A DNA stretch of 64,000 bases from contig MGTS01000042.1 of assembly GCA_001799565.1 (NCBI GenBank), positions 157,793-221,792 on the forward strand. The letters are read 5' to 3'. Position 1 is the stretch's first letter. Every line of letters starts with the position of its first letter. A program made the position numbers and the translations under genes. Shown here piece by piece: positions 43,350 through 53,429 of the stretch. The DNA is from Elusimicrobia bacterium GWA2_51_34. Lineage in GTDB: Bacteria; Elusimicrobiota; Elusimicrobia; Elusimicrobiales; UBA9959. The notes below the pieces were generated by a model. That model worked only from the letters and a program-made list of their open reading frames with translations. It was not told the DNA's origin and did not search any database.

Positions 43350-44735
43350 ATGCCGATAGCCGATACCGGAAGTACCATAGTGGCCCCCTGCACCCCGCCG
43401 GGGGCCGGCGCCATAGCTATATTGCGGCTCTCGGGGCCCAGGGCTTTCGCCATTGCCGCCTCCTTTCTTAAGCCGGTACGTTCGCTAAAAAACCCCAGGC
43501 CGCGTATGGCCTATATGCTTTCCGTTACCGACGGAAAAAAACTGGTGGACAAGGCTGTGGCGCTGTTTTACAAAGGCCCAAAGAGCTACACGGGGGAGGA
43601 TACCGTGGAAATTTTCTGCCATGGCTCACCCTATATAATACGCTCCATCCTTAACCTGTCAATAAAAGCCGGCGCGAGCCCCGCCGGACCCGGTGAATTT
43701 ACCATGCGGGCGTTTTTAAAAGGCAAACTTGACCTGGCGCAGGCGGAAGCGGTAAACGACCTTATCGCCTCGCAAACCAGAAGCGCCCACCGCGCGGCCT
43801 TAAGCCAGGTAGAGGGTTCACTTTCAAAACAAGTGGCGGGACTTAAAGGAAAACTGGTAAACCTGCTTGCGCGCCTTGAAGCGCGCCTTGACGATTCCTA
43901 CGGAGATATGCCGCCTTTCGGAGTACGGCAATTTCTCGCTAAAGCCAATTCCGTCACGGCCGAAATACGGAAGCTTTCCAATGGCTTTGAAAACGGCCGC
44001 CGTGTGAAAGAAGGCATAAAAGTTGCGATCGCCGGCGCGCCCAATTCCGGCAAATCTTCACTTTTAAACGCTATACTCGGCTACCCGCGCGCCATAGTTT
44101 CGCCGGCGGCCGGCACCACCCGCGACACTGTTGAAGCCGGACTTGAGATTGACGGGTTTGAAGTAAATTTCACCGATACGGCCGGACTTAAAGTGCGCAC
44201 GCCCGACAGCATAGAACGCCAGGGAATAAACCGCACGATGGCCGCCATGGGAACAGCGGACATAATACTGCTGGTAAAAGACGCCTCCATAGCGCAAAGC
44301 CCCATGGACCGCCTGGCGCTTGAAACCGCGCTTAAAAATACCGGGGGGAAAACCGCAAGACTGATAAGGATTTTAAACAAATCCGACCTGCTGACAGGCA
44401 AAGTTAAAAAAATAAAAAAAGGCGGACTCGTAGTTTCCTGCAAGACGGGGTTGGGCCTTTCCGGAGTAAAGCGGGCGATTATAAGCGGAGAAAAAAAATA
44501 TTTTACCGCGCGGACTACAGCTCTCGTCACATCGGCGCGGCACTTTGAGGCCCTCTCGCTTGCCGCCGGTGAGCTTGAAAAATTACGCGGGCTGAAACGA
44601 CGGCCGGCATTCCCCCTTGAACTCGCGGCCGAACATATACGCGGGGCGGCAAGCAGGCTTTCCTCAATACTCGGCGAAACCGCGCCGGATGAAATACTTG
44701 CCGATATTTTTAAAAATTTCTGCGTAGGGAAGTAA
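43350..44735 (+). CDS. mnmE: tRNA modification GTPase MnmE
   Basis: G domain motifs GAPNSGKSSLLN, DTAG and NKSD. C-terminal FCVGK. The ATG at 43350 is preferred over the GTG at 43326. Confidence 0.9.
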   Translation: MPIADTGSTIVAPCTPPGAGAIAILRLSGPRAFAIAASFLKPVRSLKNPRPRMAYMLSVTDGKKLVDKAVALFYKGPKSYTGEDTVEIFCHGSPYIIRSILNLSIKAGASPAGPGEFTMRAFLKGKLDLAQAEAVNDLIASQTRSAHRAALSQVEGSLSKQVAGLKGKLVNLLARLEARLDDSYGDMPPFGVRQFLAKANSVTAEIRKLSNGFENGRRVKEGIKVAIAGAPNSGKSSLLNAILGYPRAIVSPAAGTTRDTVEAGLEIDGFEVNFTDTAGLKVRTPDSIERQGINRTMAAMGTADIILLVKDASIAQSPMDRLALETALKNTGGKTARLIRILNKSDLLTGKVKKIKKGGLVVSCKTGLGLSGVKRAIISGEKKYFTARTTALVTSARHFEALSLAAGELEKLRGLKRRPAFPLELAAEHIRGAASRLSSILGETAPDEILADIFKNFCVGK

Positions 44736-44759
44736 GTAATATTTCAGAAAGCGTGGGGG

Positions 44760-44853
44760 AAGCTAGTAGGCGTGTATGCTTGTAGGCCTAATTTAGGAAC
44801 TCCACAGAAAGCATACCAGCATACAAGCTTACCAGCCTACCAGCAAACTTCAC
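44760..44853. repeat. Octamer-arm hairpin, CTACCAGC dialect
   Basis: Left arm gctagtaggcgtgtatgcttgtaggcc, loop taatttaggaactccacagaaa, right arm gcataccagcatacaagcttaccagcctaccagc. Confidence 0.8.
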
Positions 44854-44866
44854 TACGGAACTAATT

Positions 44867-45607
44867 ATGAACGAAACAGCCCGCCTTTTTTTGGCTATAC
44901 TGGCCCGCCCGCTCTCGGCTATAGCCGGCCTTACGGCTAAAAACTCATCCCTGAAAGCGCCGCTGATCATGTTTTTACTTTACTCGGCCCTCCACGCGCT
45001 TATTCTGCCGTGGCTTTCACCCGCTTTTATACCGGAAGCTCCGGCGGCCGCTTTCGGAAATCCTTTTTATTATTATTTTTGGGGCGCGCCTCTGAACCTG
45101 TTTACAGGCGCAATGCTGGCCGCCATTCTGCCGTCGGCGGCGTCATTGTTTTCCTCCGGCAGAATAACCGCGCGGGTGCTTTTAGCGGCCCTGATTTCAA
45201 TTATTGTCTTTACAGCGGCTTCGGCGTCGGGGAAAACAGCCGCCGCCTCATGGCTTTTACCCGCGGCATTTATCGCTTCAGCCGCGGCATGTGCCGCGCG
45301 CCGCCTGGATGAAAGCCGCGCTATATTTGCCGTAATACTCTCGTCCTCCGCCGTTTCGCTTGCCATGCTTCCCGCTGAAATACTCTCCATTTATTTAGAC
45401 TCAAAAATACTTTTTGAAATATTCTACGCCCTGGAAGCCATATGGATCCTATGGCTCCTGGTAAAAGCGCTCGGCGTTACGGAACACTTGAGCGCTCCCA
45501 GAACGGCCGCAGCCGTGCTCTTTACCGCCGTGCTCTGCGGAGCGTTAATATTCGGCCTTGCAAGGCTTCTGCCTGATTACATTGCGGCTATTCTGCTGGT
45601 TTGTTGA
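44867..45607 (+). CDS. Hypothetical polytopic membrane protein
   Basis: 246 aa with 5-6 hydrophobic segments. No family recognised. Inserted between mnmE and mnmG. Confidence 0.6.
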   Translation: MNETARLFLAILARPLSAIAGLTAKNSSLKAPLIMFLLYSALHALILPWLSPAFIPEAPAAAFGNPFYYYFWGAPLNLFTGAMLAAILPSAASLFSSGRITARVLLAALISIIVFTAASASGKTAAASWLLPAAFIASAAACAARRLDESRAIFAVILSSSAVSLAMLPAEILSIYLDSKILFEIFYALEAIWILWLLVKALGVTEHLSAPRTAAAVLFTAVLCGALIFGLARLLPDYIAAILLVC

Positions 45608-45611
45608 AATG

Positions 45612-45722
45612 TAGCGGGCAGGCTGGTAGGCGAGTAGGCCAGTAGGCTGGTATGCGGGTAAGTTTTTTGTAGAATTCACAATTAGGCCTACAAGCATACA
45701 CGCCTACCAGCCTACTAGCTGG
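45612..45722. repeat. Octamer-arm hairpin, CTACCAGC dialect
   Basis: Left arm gcgggcaggctggtaggcgagtaggccagtaggctggtatgcggg and right arm aattaggcctacaagcatacacgcctaccagcctactagc. Confidence 0.8.
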
Positions 45723-45743
45723 CGGCCTTACATACATCTTACT

Positions 45744-47639
45744 ATGCCTTTTTTCAACTGCCCTGAAAAGTTTGACGTTATAGTGGCCGGCGGCGGACAC
45801 GCCGGCTGCGAAGCCGCGCTTGCCGCCGCCCGGATGGGCGCTAAAACTCTTCTTATAACCCAGGATCTGGATACCATAGCCCAGATGTCCTGCAACCCCT
45901 CCATAGGCGGCGTGGGCAAGGGCCAGTTGGTAAGAGAAATTGACGCACTGGGCGGCCAGATGGCGAAAGTAGCCGACGCCTCGGCGCTCAGCTATCACAT
46001 GCTTAACCTCTCACGGGGGCCGGCCGTGCAGTCCCCGCGCGCTCAATGCGATAAAAAACTATACCAGTTCACCATGAAAAGTGTTCTTGAAAAACAAAAA
46101 AACCTGCGCCTTGTGCAGGATGAAGCCGCGTCCGTGTGGACGAAAGGCTCTAAACTTGAGGGAATAATTACAGTCCGCTCCACGCGTTACAAAGCAGGAG
46201 CCGTGGTGCTTAGCGCCGGAACTTTTCTGCGGGGAGTAATACACATAGGGATGCGCGACTTCAGGGGGGGAAGATACAACCACCCGCCAAGCGACGAGCT
46301 TTCAAAAAGCCTTAAATCCCTGGGCCTGAAACTGGGAAGGCTGAAAACCGGCACCCCCATGCGCCTGAGCGGCGCAAGCATAGATTTCACAAAATGCGCG
46401 GAACAGAAACCCGACAATCCTTTTGAGCCTTTTTCGCATTTTACCCCGCCACCTGCTTCGGGCAGAATGCCCGTTTTCGGGCAGGCCGATAGCGGGGTTA
46501 CGGCGTCGCAAGTTAAGGCTTTTATGCCGTGCTGGATAACCCGCACCAACTTAAAAACTTCCGCCGTAATAAAAGCCAACCTGTCAAAATCCCCGCTTTA
46601 CTCCGGCAAGATAAAATCCACTGGCCCGCGCTACTGTCCGTCCATAGAGGACAAGGTGGTAAAATTCCCTCATCATCCGGAGCACCACCTTTTTCTTGAG
46701 CCGGAAGGTTATAATACGCTTGAGTATTACGTGAACGGCCTTTCCTCAAGCCTGCCGGAAGAAACTCAAACTGAATTTGTGCATACCATCGCCGGCCTTG
46801 AAAAAGCGGAACTTATGCGGCCCGCTTACGCCATAGAATATGATTTTTCTTGCCCGTTCCAGCTTAAATATTCGCTTGAGAGCAAGCTTGTGGACGGCCT
46901 GTTCCTGGCAGGCCAGTTAAACGGCACCACCGGCTACGAAGAAGCCGCCGCCCAGGGACTTATGGCGGGCGTAAACGCCGCGCTTAAAATTCAGGGGCGC
47001 GCCCCTTTGATCTTAGGCCGGGACGAGGCCTATATAGGCGTGATGATAGACGACCTGATAGCCCGCGATCTGGACGAACCCTACCGTGTTTTCACTTCAA
47101 GGGCGGAATACCGCCTGCTACTGAGAAAAGATAACGCCGACCTGCGGCTCTCCGGTCACGGCTTTAAACTGGGGCTTCTTGACGCGGGGCTGGCTCCGGC
47201 TTTTGAGCGTTACCGCCGCGCGGCCAAAGAGCTGCTTGAAAACCCGAAGGCCCGGCCCGGCCCGGACTTAAAGCTTTCACCCTGGAGCGCGGCTAAAGCC
47301 GCCAAAACCGCGCAAATAGAACGGGATTACGCGCCTTATATAGAAAGGAACCGCAAAGAAGCCCAAAAACTGAAAACTTTTGACCAGGTGCTCATACCCG
47401 GAACACTTGACTTTAACGCCATAAAAGGGCTGCCGCTTGAAGCGAAACAGAAACTTAGCCGTTCGCGCCCGCTTAATATGGCGCAGGCTTCGCGCATAAG
47501 CGGAGTTACACCGGCGGATCTGCAGTTGCTCCGGATAATAGTAGAAAAATATAATTACTCAGGTTCACGGTTCAGCGGTTCAACGGTTGGAAATCAGGGA
47601 ACGCAAATACTTGCGGAAAAACATGGAAAAAGAAATTGA
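45744..47639 (+). CDS. mnmG: tRNA uridine 5-carboxymethylaminomethyl modification enzyme MnmG
   Basis: 631 aa with FAD-binding [10 protein letters not shown] and the conserved [11 protein letters not shown] motif. The C-terminal about 25 aa are encoded by a GGTTCAC-dialect half element. Confidence 0.95.
   Translation: MPFFNCPEKFDVIVAGGGHAGCEAALAAARMGAKTLLITQDLDTIAQMSCNPSIGGVGKGQLVREIDALGGQMAKVADASALSYHMLNLSRGPAVQSPRAQCDKKLYQFTMKSVLEKQKNLRLVQDEAASVWTKGSKLEGIITVRSTRYKAGAVVLSAGTFLRGVIHIGMRDFRGGRYNHPPSDELSKSLKSLGLKLGRLKTGTPMRLSGASIDFTKCAEQKPDNPFEPFSHFTPPPASGRMPVFGQADSGVTASQVKAFMPCWITRTNLKTSAVIKANLSKSPLYSGKIKSTGPRYCPSIEDKVVKFPHHPEHHLFLEPEGYNTLEYYVNGLSSSLPEETQTEFVHTIAGLEKAELMRPAYAIEYDFSCPFQLKYSLESKLVDGLFLAGQLNGTTGYEEAAAQGLMAGVNAALKIQGRAPLILGRDEAYIGVMIDDLIARDLDEPYRVFTSRAEYRLLLRKDNADLRLSGHGFKLGLLDAGLAPAFERYRRAAKELLENPKARPGPDLKLSPWSAAKAAKTAQIERDYAPYIERNRKEAQKLKTFDQVLIPGTLDFNAIKGLPLEAKQKLSRSRPLNMAQASRISGVTPADLQLLRIIVEKYNYSGSRFSGSTVGNQGTQILAEKHGKRN
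47561..47608. repeat. Half element (left arm only) of the GGTTCAC dialect inside the mnmG 3' end
   Basis: caggttcacggttcagcggttcaacggttggaaatcagggaacgcaaa matches the left half of 39216... Confidence 0.7.
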
Positions 47640-48282
47640 AGAAAGACTGGGTCTCTGGGGCTTGAAACTTGACGCGGAGACTTTGGCGAAACTTAAAATA
47701 CTTGCGCGTGAAGTAAAAGAGAAAAACGCGGGACTTAATTTAATTTCAAAAAACGACGAGCCATGTTTTTGGAGCCGCCACCTTGCCGACTCGCTGGCCG
47801 CGGCGCCCCTGCTTCAAAAACTTGTTTTACCAGGCGCGCTGGCTGCAGACGCGGGCTCAGGGCCGGGTTTCCCGGGCCTTCCGCTAGCTGCCGCCCTGCC
47901 GTCGGTCAATTTTGAGCTTTGGGATTCAAACCGCAAAAGGGTGGAGTTCGCCCTGTGGGCCGCCGGCTCAATGAAACTGAAAAACGCCGCGGTATTCTAC
48001 CGCAGAATAGGCCAAAGCGGGGCGTTTGAGAAGGCCCGCTACGATGCCGTGCTTGAACGGGCCATGGGAAAACTTGAAAATATACTGCCCCAATGCTTAA
48101 ATATGCTTAAATCAGGCGGGGTGTTCCTGGCCTGGCAGAGCGGCCTTGAAGACGCCGCCGCCCCGGGCTCGCTAAAAGCTCTTACGAAAGCGGGCGCGAA
48201 GCTTGAAACCAGGTTCACCTACGCACTTCCGGGTGAAACACGCGAGCGGCTTATACTGGTTTTTCGAAAAGGAAAGTTGTGA
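47623..48282 (+). CDS. rsmG: 16S rRNA (guanine527-N7)-methyltransferase RsmG
   Basis: SAM-binding [12 protein letters not shown]. The ATG at 47623 ([10 protein letters not shown]...) overlaps the mnmG end by 17 nt. Confidence 0.85.
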   Translation: MEKEIEERLGLWGLKLDAETLAKLKILAREVKEKNAGLNLISKNDEPCFWSRHLADSLAAAPLLQKLVLPGALAADAGSGPGFPGLPLAAALPSVNFELWDSNRKRVEFALWAAGSMKLKNAAVFYRRIGQSGAFEKARYDAVLERAMGKLENILPQCLNMLKSGGVFLAWQSGLEDAAAPGSLKALTKAGAKLETRFTYALPGETRERLILVFRKGKL

Positions 48283-48384
48283 GTTTGGAGTTTAGGAGTT
48301 TGGAGTTCAAGAGTTTTTGAGTTTAGAGTCCTCAAACTCCCAACTCCCCAACTCTCAACCCCTGACTCTCAACTCCAAACTATC
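48281..48384. repeat. Heptamer-arm hairpin, GGAGTTT/AAACTCC dialect
   Basis: Left arm gagtttggagtttaggagtttggagttcaagag and right arm ctcaaactcccaactccccaactctcaacccctgactctcaactccaaac. Confidence 0.8.
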
Positions 48385-48408
48385 AATACTCGTTATGGAG
48401 ATAATACA

Positions 48409-48921
48409 ATGCACATACTCAACTATTACTTCACGCCCTTCGCGGTGATACTTATAGCTTTCGCCATATTTTTCTCGGAGCCGGAACGGGGCGTAACTTA
48501 CGCCTCCTTCGGCCTGTTGGCGGCGGCTTTCGGACTTAACTACTGGATGTCCTCCAATGTTTACCAGCTCATGCGCTTCACCCGCAGCATAAGGGGCATT
48601 ATTGTCTGGATAAACCTGATAACCAGCGCGGCGCTTTTTTATCTGCTGTCGCCTTATTGGGCGCCGATGTGGCTGCTGTTCTTAACGGCGCCCGCCGCCT
48701 CCGCCATGTTTATGAAAAAATGGCAGGTATTTCTTACGGCGCTCTCCGCCGCGGCTATGATGCTTGGCATCTATTATCTGCGCAGTGTTATTTACGGCAT
48801 AGGGCTTAGTACGCAGTTACTCGGCATGGCCGCCACGCAGGCGGTTTTTATAGTGTTTTTTTCCATGTTCACCGCGGCCATGACGGAAATGACAGTGAAA
48901 GTGAGGGATTCGCTCAGGTGA
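48409..48921 (+). CDS. Hypothetical membrane protein
   Basis: 170 aa with about 5 hydrophobic segments. No family recognised. Confidence 0.55.
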   Translation: MHILNYYFTPFAVILIAFAIFFSEPERGVTYASFGLLAAAFGLNYWMSSNVYQLMRFTRSIRGIIVWINLITSAALFYLLSPYWAPMWLLFLTAPAASAMFMKKWQVFLTALSAAAMMLGIYYLRSVIYGIGLSTQLLGMAATQAVFIVFFSMFTAAMTEMTVKVRDSLR

Positions 48922-48940
48922 TATGACTTTGGAAGAGATA

Positions 48941-49058
48941 GTTAGTGGAGAGTGTAGAGTTGAGAGTGTAGAGTGTGAAGAGAACTCTCTTCCAATCTCT
49001 ACACTATCTACTTCAATTATTTCTGCTCTACACTCCAGACTCTACACTCTCCACTATC
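48941..49058. repeat. Heptamer-arm hairpin, TAGAGTG dialect (outer 17 bp perfect)
   Basis: tagtggagagtgtagag ... ctctacactctccacta, with further gagagtgtagagtg / ctctacac units inside. Confidence 0.8.
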
Positions 49059-49082
49059 AACTTCTTATTACGCTCTCAACGA

Positions 49083-50234
49083 ATGGACATCTTAGCTAAA
49101 CTTCGCGTACTTTTCTGGGGCCTGGTAGCAGGGCTTTGGGGGCTATTCATGTACCAGTACATGAACAATGACCTCTCTCTCCCGCCGCAGATACGCCTGT
49201 CAAAAAATCCTTTTACCGGCAAGCCGATGGAAGAAAGAATAGTAAAAAAACACGCCGCTCCAGGCGTTTACGCCCCGCCGGAAGCCCGCATCATCCCGCC
49301 GCAGACCTCAACAAGCCGGCCCCAGGGCGGTCTTATTAAACCCCTGGGCGGCGCCGACATCAAAGAAATTGTGTCACCCTCCGGCGGCGCCGCGGACCGG
49401 CAGCAGGACGTTGTCACAGAAGATATGATCCCCGGACACTCCGCCAAAGAAAAAACCGCCATGCGCGCCTCCGGCGCGCGGAGCGAAACCTACCCGGAAA
49501 CGCCAAAGGGTTTTTCAATGGAAGAAACGCGCAATTTCGTGTTTTACGAGGAGGGGCTGAAAGTATCGGACGAGCTAAAGAGCACGGTTGAAAACCTGCA
49601 CGGCAGCATCATGCTTGACCTGGTGGCTTTTTCGCCCTGGACAAGGGATAATAAGGTTTTCATTTTCTACTCACAAACCCCCGCCACCTATCGCCGCATA
49701 ACCGGGAGGCCCGCCTGGTCGGGGGGGGCTGCTTCTTTGAGCGAAAGAAAAATTTATCTTTACAAAAGCGATGAAGCGTTCGGCATACTCGCTCACGAAC
49801 TGACGCATATGTATTTTGACGGTTTTTTCACGCCTTCAAACCCAAGCCCGCTCTGGCTGAGCGAAGGCATAGCCACCTATATACAATCCGAACGCGGTTA
49901 TTCCACTCCCAACTGGCTCACACATAACCTTAATTTGCTGCAAAAGGGCGGCGGCTTTAAACTGCAGGATCTGGTGCGCATAGAGAACCTGCAGGATGCC
50001 GACGAGGAAAATGTGCGCCTTTGGTACGCCCAGTCCTACAGTGTGGTCCGTTTTCTGCTTAAAATCAAAGCGGGAGACGCTTTTTATGTTTTTTGCAGGG
50101 GGGTAAGGGACGGCAAACCCGCGGCCCAGGCCCTGTATCAGGCCTACGGCATGCCCTACAATAAACTTTCCTCGCTTGAATACGCCTGGCGTTACGACCT
50201 GAAGACCGGAAAACTTGCTACCGCTAACCGGTAA
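49083..50234 (+). CDS. Membrane-anchored zinc metallopeptidase-like protein (HExxH, MA clan)
   Basis: The start at 49083 (MDILAKLRVLFWG...) lies after the repeat. Has an N-terminal TM segment, the HELTHMYF motif and a downstream SEGIATY glutamate. Confidence 0.6.
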   Translation: MDILAKLRVLFWGLVAGLWGLFMYQYMNNDLSLPPQIRLSKNPFTGKPMEERIVKKHAAPGVYAPPEARIIPPQTSTSRPQGGLIKPLGGADIKEIVSPSGGAADRQQDVVTEDMIPGHSAKEKTAMRASGARSETYPETPKGFSMEETRNFVFYEEGLKVSDELKSTVENLHGSIMLDLVAFSPWTRDNKVFIFYSQTPATYRRITGRPAWSGGAASLSERKIYLYKSDEAFGILAHELTHMYFDGFFTPSNPSPLWLSEGIATYIQSERGYSTPNWLTHNLNLLQKGGGFKLQDLVRIENLQDADEENVRLWYAQSYSVVRFLLKIKAGDAFYVFCRGVRDGKPAAQALYQAYGMPYNKLSSLEYAWRYDLKTGKLATANR

Positions 50235-50288
50235 AAGCGGGTACGCCGGCGGTAAACCTAAATGACAGGCTTTACCCGGAGGAATTGA

Positions 50289-52109
50289 TTGAGCGCGGAA
50301 TTTCCCTGGAAACGGGCGGTTGCGGTGTTCCTGCTGGCGTTCGCTGTGCGGGCCGCCTTCCTGGCGCAGTGGGCGCATCTTCCTTATATAGACTCCTTCT
50401 GCACGGACGCCTGGGCGTACAACAGGTGGGCGCTTGACATCCTGCACGGGCGCCTGATAAGGCACACCGCTTTCTACCAATCCCCTTTCTACCCGTATTT
50501 TCTGGCCGCCTTCTATAAACTTGCCGGCTATCATCCCCAGGCCGTCCTTTGGGTCCAGGCGTTTGCGGACTCATGCGCCTGCGTAGTCCTGATGCGCGTG
50601 GCGCAGCGCTGTTTCGGCGCGCGCGCCGCTCTGCCGGCGGGCCTGCTCTGCGCCTTTTACCGGCCGCTCATTTTCAACACTGGCCTGTTAACGAAGGAAA
50701 CTTTCGTAGTGCTCGCTCTGTCGCTTTTCGTGTTGTCGGTACTCCGCTGCGACGCGCGCGCTAAGGCGCGCGACTATTTCCTGTGCGGAGCGCTGGCGGG
50801 CTGGTGCGCTCTGCTGCGCGCCAACGTCCTGCTGCTTGTGCCGGCCGCTTTGCTGTGGCTCTGGCTGCGCCGGCAGCAGCACCCGCCGGAGAAAAGAGCC
50901 AGGGGGGGAAAGTGGAGAGCGGCTATCGCCCTGGCGGCGGGGCTGGCCATTGCCATACTGCCCGCCGCCGCGCATAATTTTATAGCCAGCCGGGACGTGG
51001 TGCTTATTAATTATACCGGCGGCTTCACTTTTTTCACAGGGAATAATCCCGAAGCCACGGGGACGGTAACATATCCTTCCGGCATAGATTCGGACCCGCT
51101 CCTTGAGGAGAGACAGTCCACGCTGTTCGCGCAAAAGGCCGAAGGCAGGACGCTGAAGCCATCGGAGGTTTCCTCGTTCTGGTTCCGGAAAGGCACTGCG
51201 TTCATCATTAATAACCCGTACAAGTGGCTAGGCCTGACCTGCCTGAAGTTCTGGTACTTCTGGAACTGGTATGAGATCCCTGATAATTATAATCTCCCGT
51301 TCATCACCAAACATTTTGACACCGTCTTAAACTGGCCGCTGGCGTCTTTCGCGCTGATAGGCAGCCTGGGCGCGGTAGGCCTGTTCTTCTGCCGTTTGAA
51401 CGGGGTTTCAGGTTTATTGCCGGTCCTGCTTGCGGCTTACCTCGCCTCTATCCTCCCGTTCTGGATAAGCGGCCGTTACCGCCTGCCTGGAGTGGTTTTT
51501 CTGCTTCCGCTGGCCGCAGGCGCCCTTATGCGGCTGGCTGACGCCGCAAAACGCCTTGAACCGGGCGCCATATTAAAACCCTGCCTGGCCGCCGTACCGC
51601 TTATCCTGCTCTGTCTGAGCAGGCCGCCGGTAAACGTTAAATTTTCAGAGGCGGCGGGCTGGGGGCAGTTAACCGGCATTTACTGCGATCGGGGCGAGTA
51701 CCGCAAGGCCGTGGAAGCTTTTTTGCGGGCTTCCGCGCTTGAACCGGAAAGTCTCAGCCCGTCGGATATCTCCAAGGCGGCTGTTTCTTTGCATCGTCTC
51801 GGTCAATCCGAAAAAGCCCTGGAGCTTTACAGACAGGGAAACGTAATTTATCCGCAATCAGCCCTGCTGTATAATAACCAGGGCAGCCTGCTTTTTCAGC
51901 TTGGAAGGACGCGGGAGGCTGTGGAGATGTTGAAGAAAGCCGTTGAAACCGATCCCGACCCCGGGCTTGAATACCGCAATTTATTCCATGCTTATTCCAA
52001 GCTGGGCAAAAGAGACCAGGCCATAAAATACGGAGAACTGGCCGCCGCGCGTTTTCCGGAGGATGAGCAACTTCAGCGCGATGTGCGGGCTATAATAAAA
52101 GCCCGCTAA
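50289..52109 (+). CDS. GT-C-type glycosyltransferase (ArnT/PMT-like) fused to C-terminal TPR repeats
   Basis: 606 aa. TTG start 6 nt after GGAGG. Many TM segments, then TPR-like repeats (YRKAVEAFLRASALEP..., ALELYRQG..). Confidence 0.65.
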   Translation: MSAEFPWKRAVAVFLLAFAVRAAFLAQWAHLPYIDSFCTDAWAYNRWALDILHGRLIRHTAFYQSPFYPYFLAAFYKLAGYHPQAVLWVQAFADSCACVVLMRVAQRCFGARAALPAGLLCAFYRPLIFNTGLLTKETFVVLALSLFVLSVLRCDARAKARDYFLCGALAGWCALLRANVLLLVPAALLWLWLRRQQHPPEKRARGGKWRAAIALAAGLAIAILPAAAHNFIASRDVVLINYTGGFTFFTGNNPEATGTVTYPSGIDSDPLLEERQSTLFAQKAEGRTLKPSEVSSFWFRKGTAFIINNPYKWLGLTCLKFWYFWNWYEIPDNYNLPFITKHFDTVLNWPLASFALIGSLGAVGLFFCRLNGVSGLLPVLLAAYLASILPFWISGRYRLPGVVFLLPLAAGALMRLADAAKRLEPGAILKPCLAAVPLILLCLSRPPVNVKFSEAAGWGQLTGIYCDRGEYRKAVEAFLRASALEPESLSPSDISKAAVSLHRLGQSEKALELYRQGNVIYPQSALLYNNQGSLLFQLGRTREAVEMLKKAVETDPDPGLEYRNLFHAYSKLGKRDQAIKYGELAAARFPEDEQLQRDVRAIIKAR

Positions 52110-52371
52110 CCTTATATTTTTTACAGACAACTACCTGACCGGTAAAATGACAGAGAAGCGGCTTCCGTGGTATAGAAGCTGAGTTCCGGCCCCTCCAGGC
52201 AGATCTCAAAAATCTCGCGTTCCTGCCCGTTCCCTGATACTCCACCCCCCGGTTCAGACGCGCACGAATCACACTTTTAAAATATTTCTCGCTGCTGTCA
52301 TAAATGTTATAAAATAATGGCGGGCCCGCTTTGGGCCTGTATTACTAACCGGTACAAGCGGAGGCATGTTA

Positions 52372-53391
52372 ATGAAGAACAACGGGAGAAGTTATATTTA
52401 CGGATTGGCGGCGTTACTAATGGCGCTCTCCGGCGGCACGCCGGCTTTCAGCAAAGATCAGGCCCCAAAGAACATAAAAGAGCAGATAGACTCTATCCAG
52501 AATCTCATTAAACAAAAAGGCGGGAAATGGGTGGCGGGAGAGACCTCTCTTTCCAATCTGTCAAAAGAAGAATGGCGGATGCGCGTCGGTCTTAATTTCA
52601 AGGCGCTCAACGCGCCCGCCCTGCCTGAACTGGCCGCGGTAAATCCTCCCGTCAGCCTGGATTGGAGAAATTCCAACGGCAGCTACGTAACCGGCATCCG
52701 CAACCAGGCGAAATGCGGCTCCTGCTGGGCGTTCTCTCTTACAGCGGCGCTTGAATCGTATATTCTTATTAACCGCAACACACCGGGCGCGGATCTTGAC
52801 CTGTCCGAACAGGTTATGCTCTCGTGCAGCGGAGTGGGGTCCTGCAGCGGAGGCTATCTGGAAGCCGATTATCTGCAGAGCAACGGCCTGCCGCCGGAGA
52901 CGGCTTATCCCTATACCGCAACCGACGGCGACTGCTCTTCCGCTTCCACCGGCTGGCAGAGTTCAGCCTATAAGATAAAATCATGGGGCACTGTTCCGCA
53001 AAGCCCCGCCTACATCAAGTCTGCTCTGGTCGCGTACGGGCCTTTGCCTACCGGCTTTATGGTATACGAGGACTTCATGCATTATAAGTCGGGGATATAT
53101 TCATACACCACGGGCAAAAGATTAGGCGGCCATGCCGTCCTGATAGTGGGTTATAATGACACGGAAAATTACTTCATCGTTAAAAACAGCTGGGGTCCCG
53201 GCTGGGGCGAGGACGGCTTCTTCAAGATTGCCTACTCCGAAGTGGACAATGCCGTTAACTTCGGCATGAGCACCATCGCCTATAAAGCCGATTCCCACAA
53301 CCCCTTTCCGGTACCTGATGTCCGTTTTAATTCCGAAGACACGTGGGCCAGAACAGCGCCCCTATTTGCGCCGCTGCTTCAGTGGAAGTAA
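52372..53391 (+). CDS. Secreted papain-family (C1A) cysteine peptidase
   Basis: Signal peptide present. Catalytic Cys context QAKCGSCWAFS, His in GGHAVLIVGY, Asn/Trp in KNSWGPGWG. The ATG at 52372 has GGAGG at 7-nt spacing. Confidence 0.85.
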   Translation: MKNNGRSYIYGLAALLMALSGGTPAFSKDQAPKNIKEQIDSIQNLIKQKGGKWVAGETSLSNLSKEEWRMRVGLNFKALNAPALPELAAVNPPVSLDWRNSNGSYVTGIRNQAKCGSCWAFSLTAALESYILINRNTPGADLDLSEQVMLSCSGVGSCSGGYLEADYLQSNGLPPETAYPYTATDGDCSSASTGWQSSAYKIKSWGTVPQSPAYIKSALVAYGPLPTGFMVYEDFMHYKSGIYSYTTGKRLGGHAVLIVGYNDTENYFIVKNSWGPGWGEDGFFKIAYSEVDNAVNFGMSTIAYKADSHNPFPVPDVRFNSEDTWARTAPLFAPLLQWK

Positions 53392-53429
53392 TATAGGGAA
53401 CAATCATTAGCCGCAACTGACCAGGTGGA

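Noticed and set aside
50272-51134. Minus-strand ORFs 50272-50574, 50688-51134 and 49836-50534
   Set aside because: They are antisense to the peptidase and glycosyltransferase genes. The translations are R/P/G-rich, typical of the reverse strand of GC-rich membrane-protein genes.
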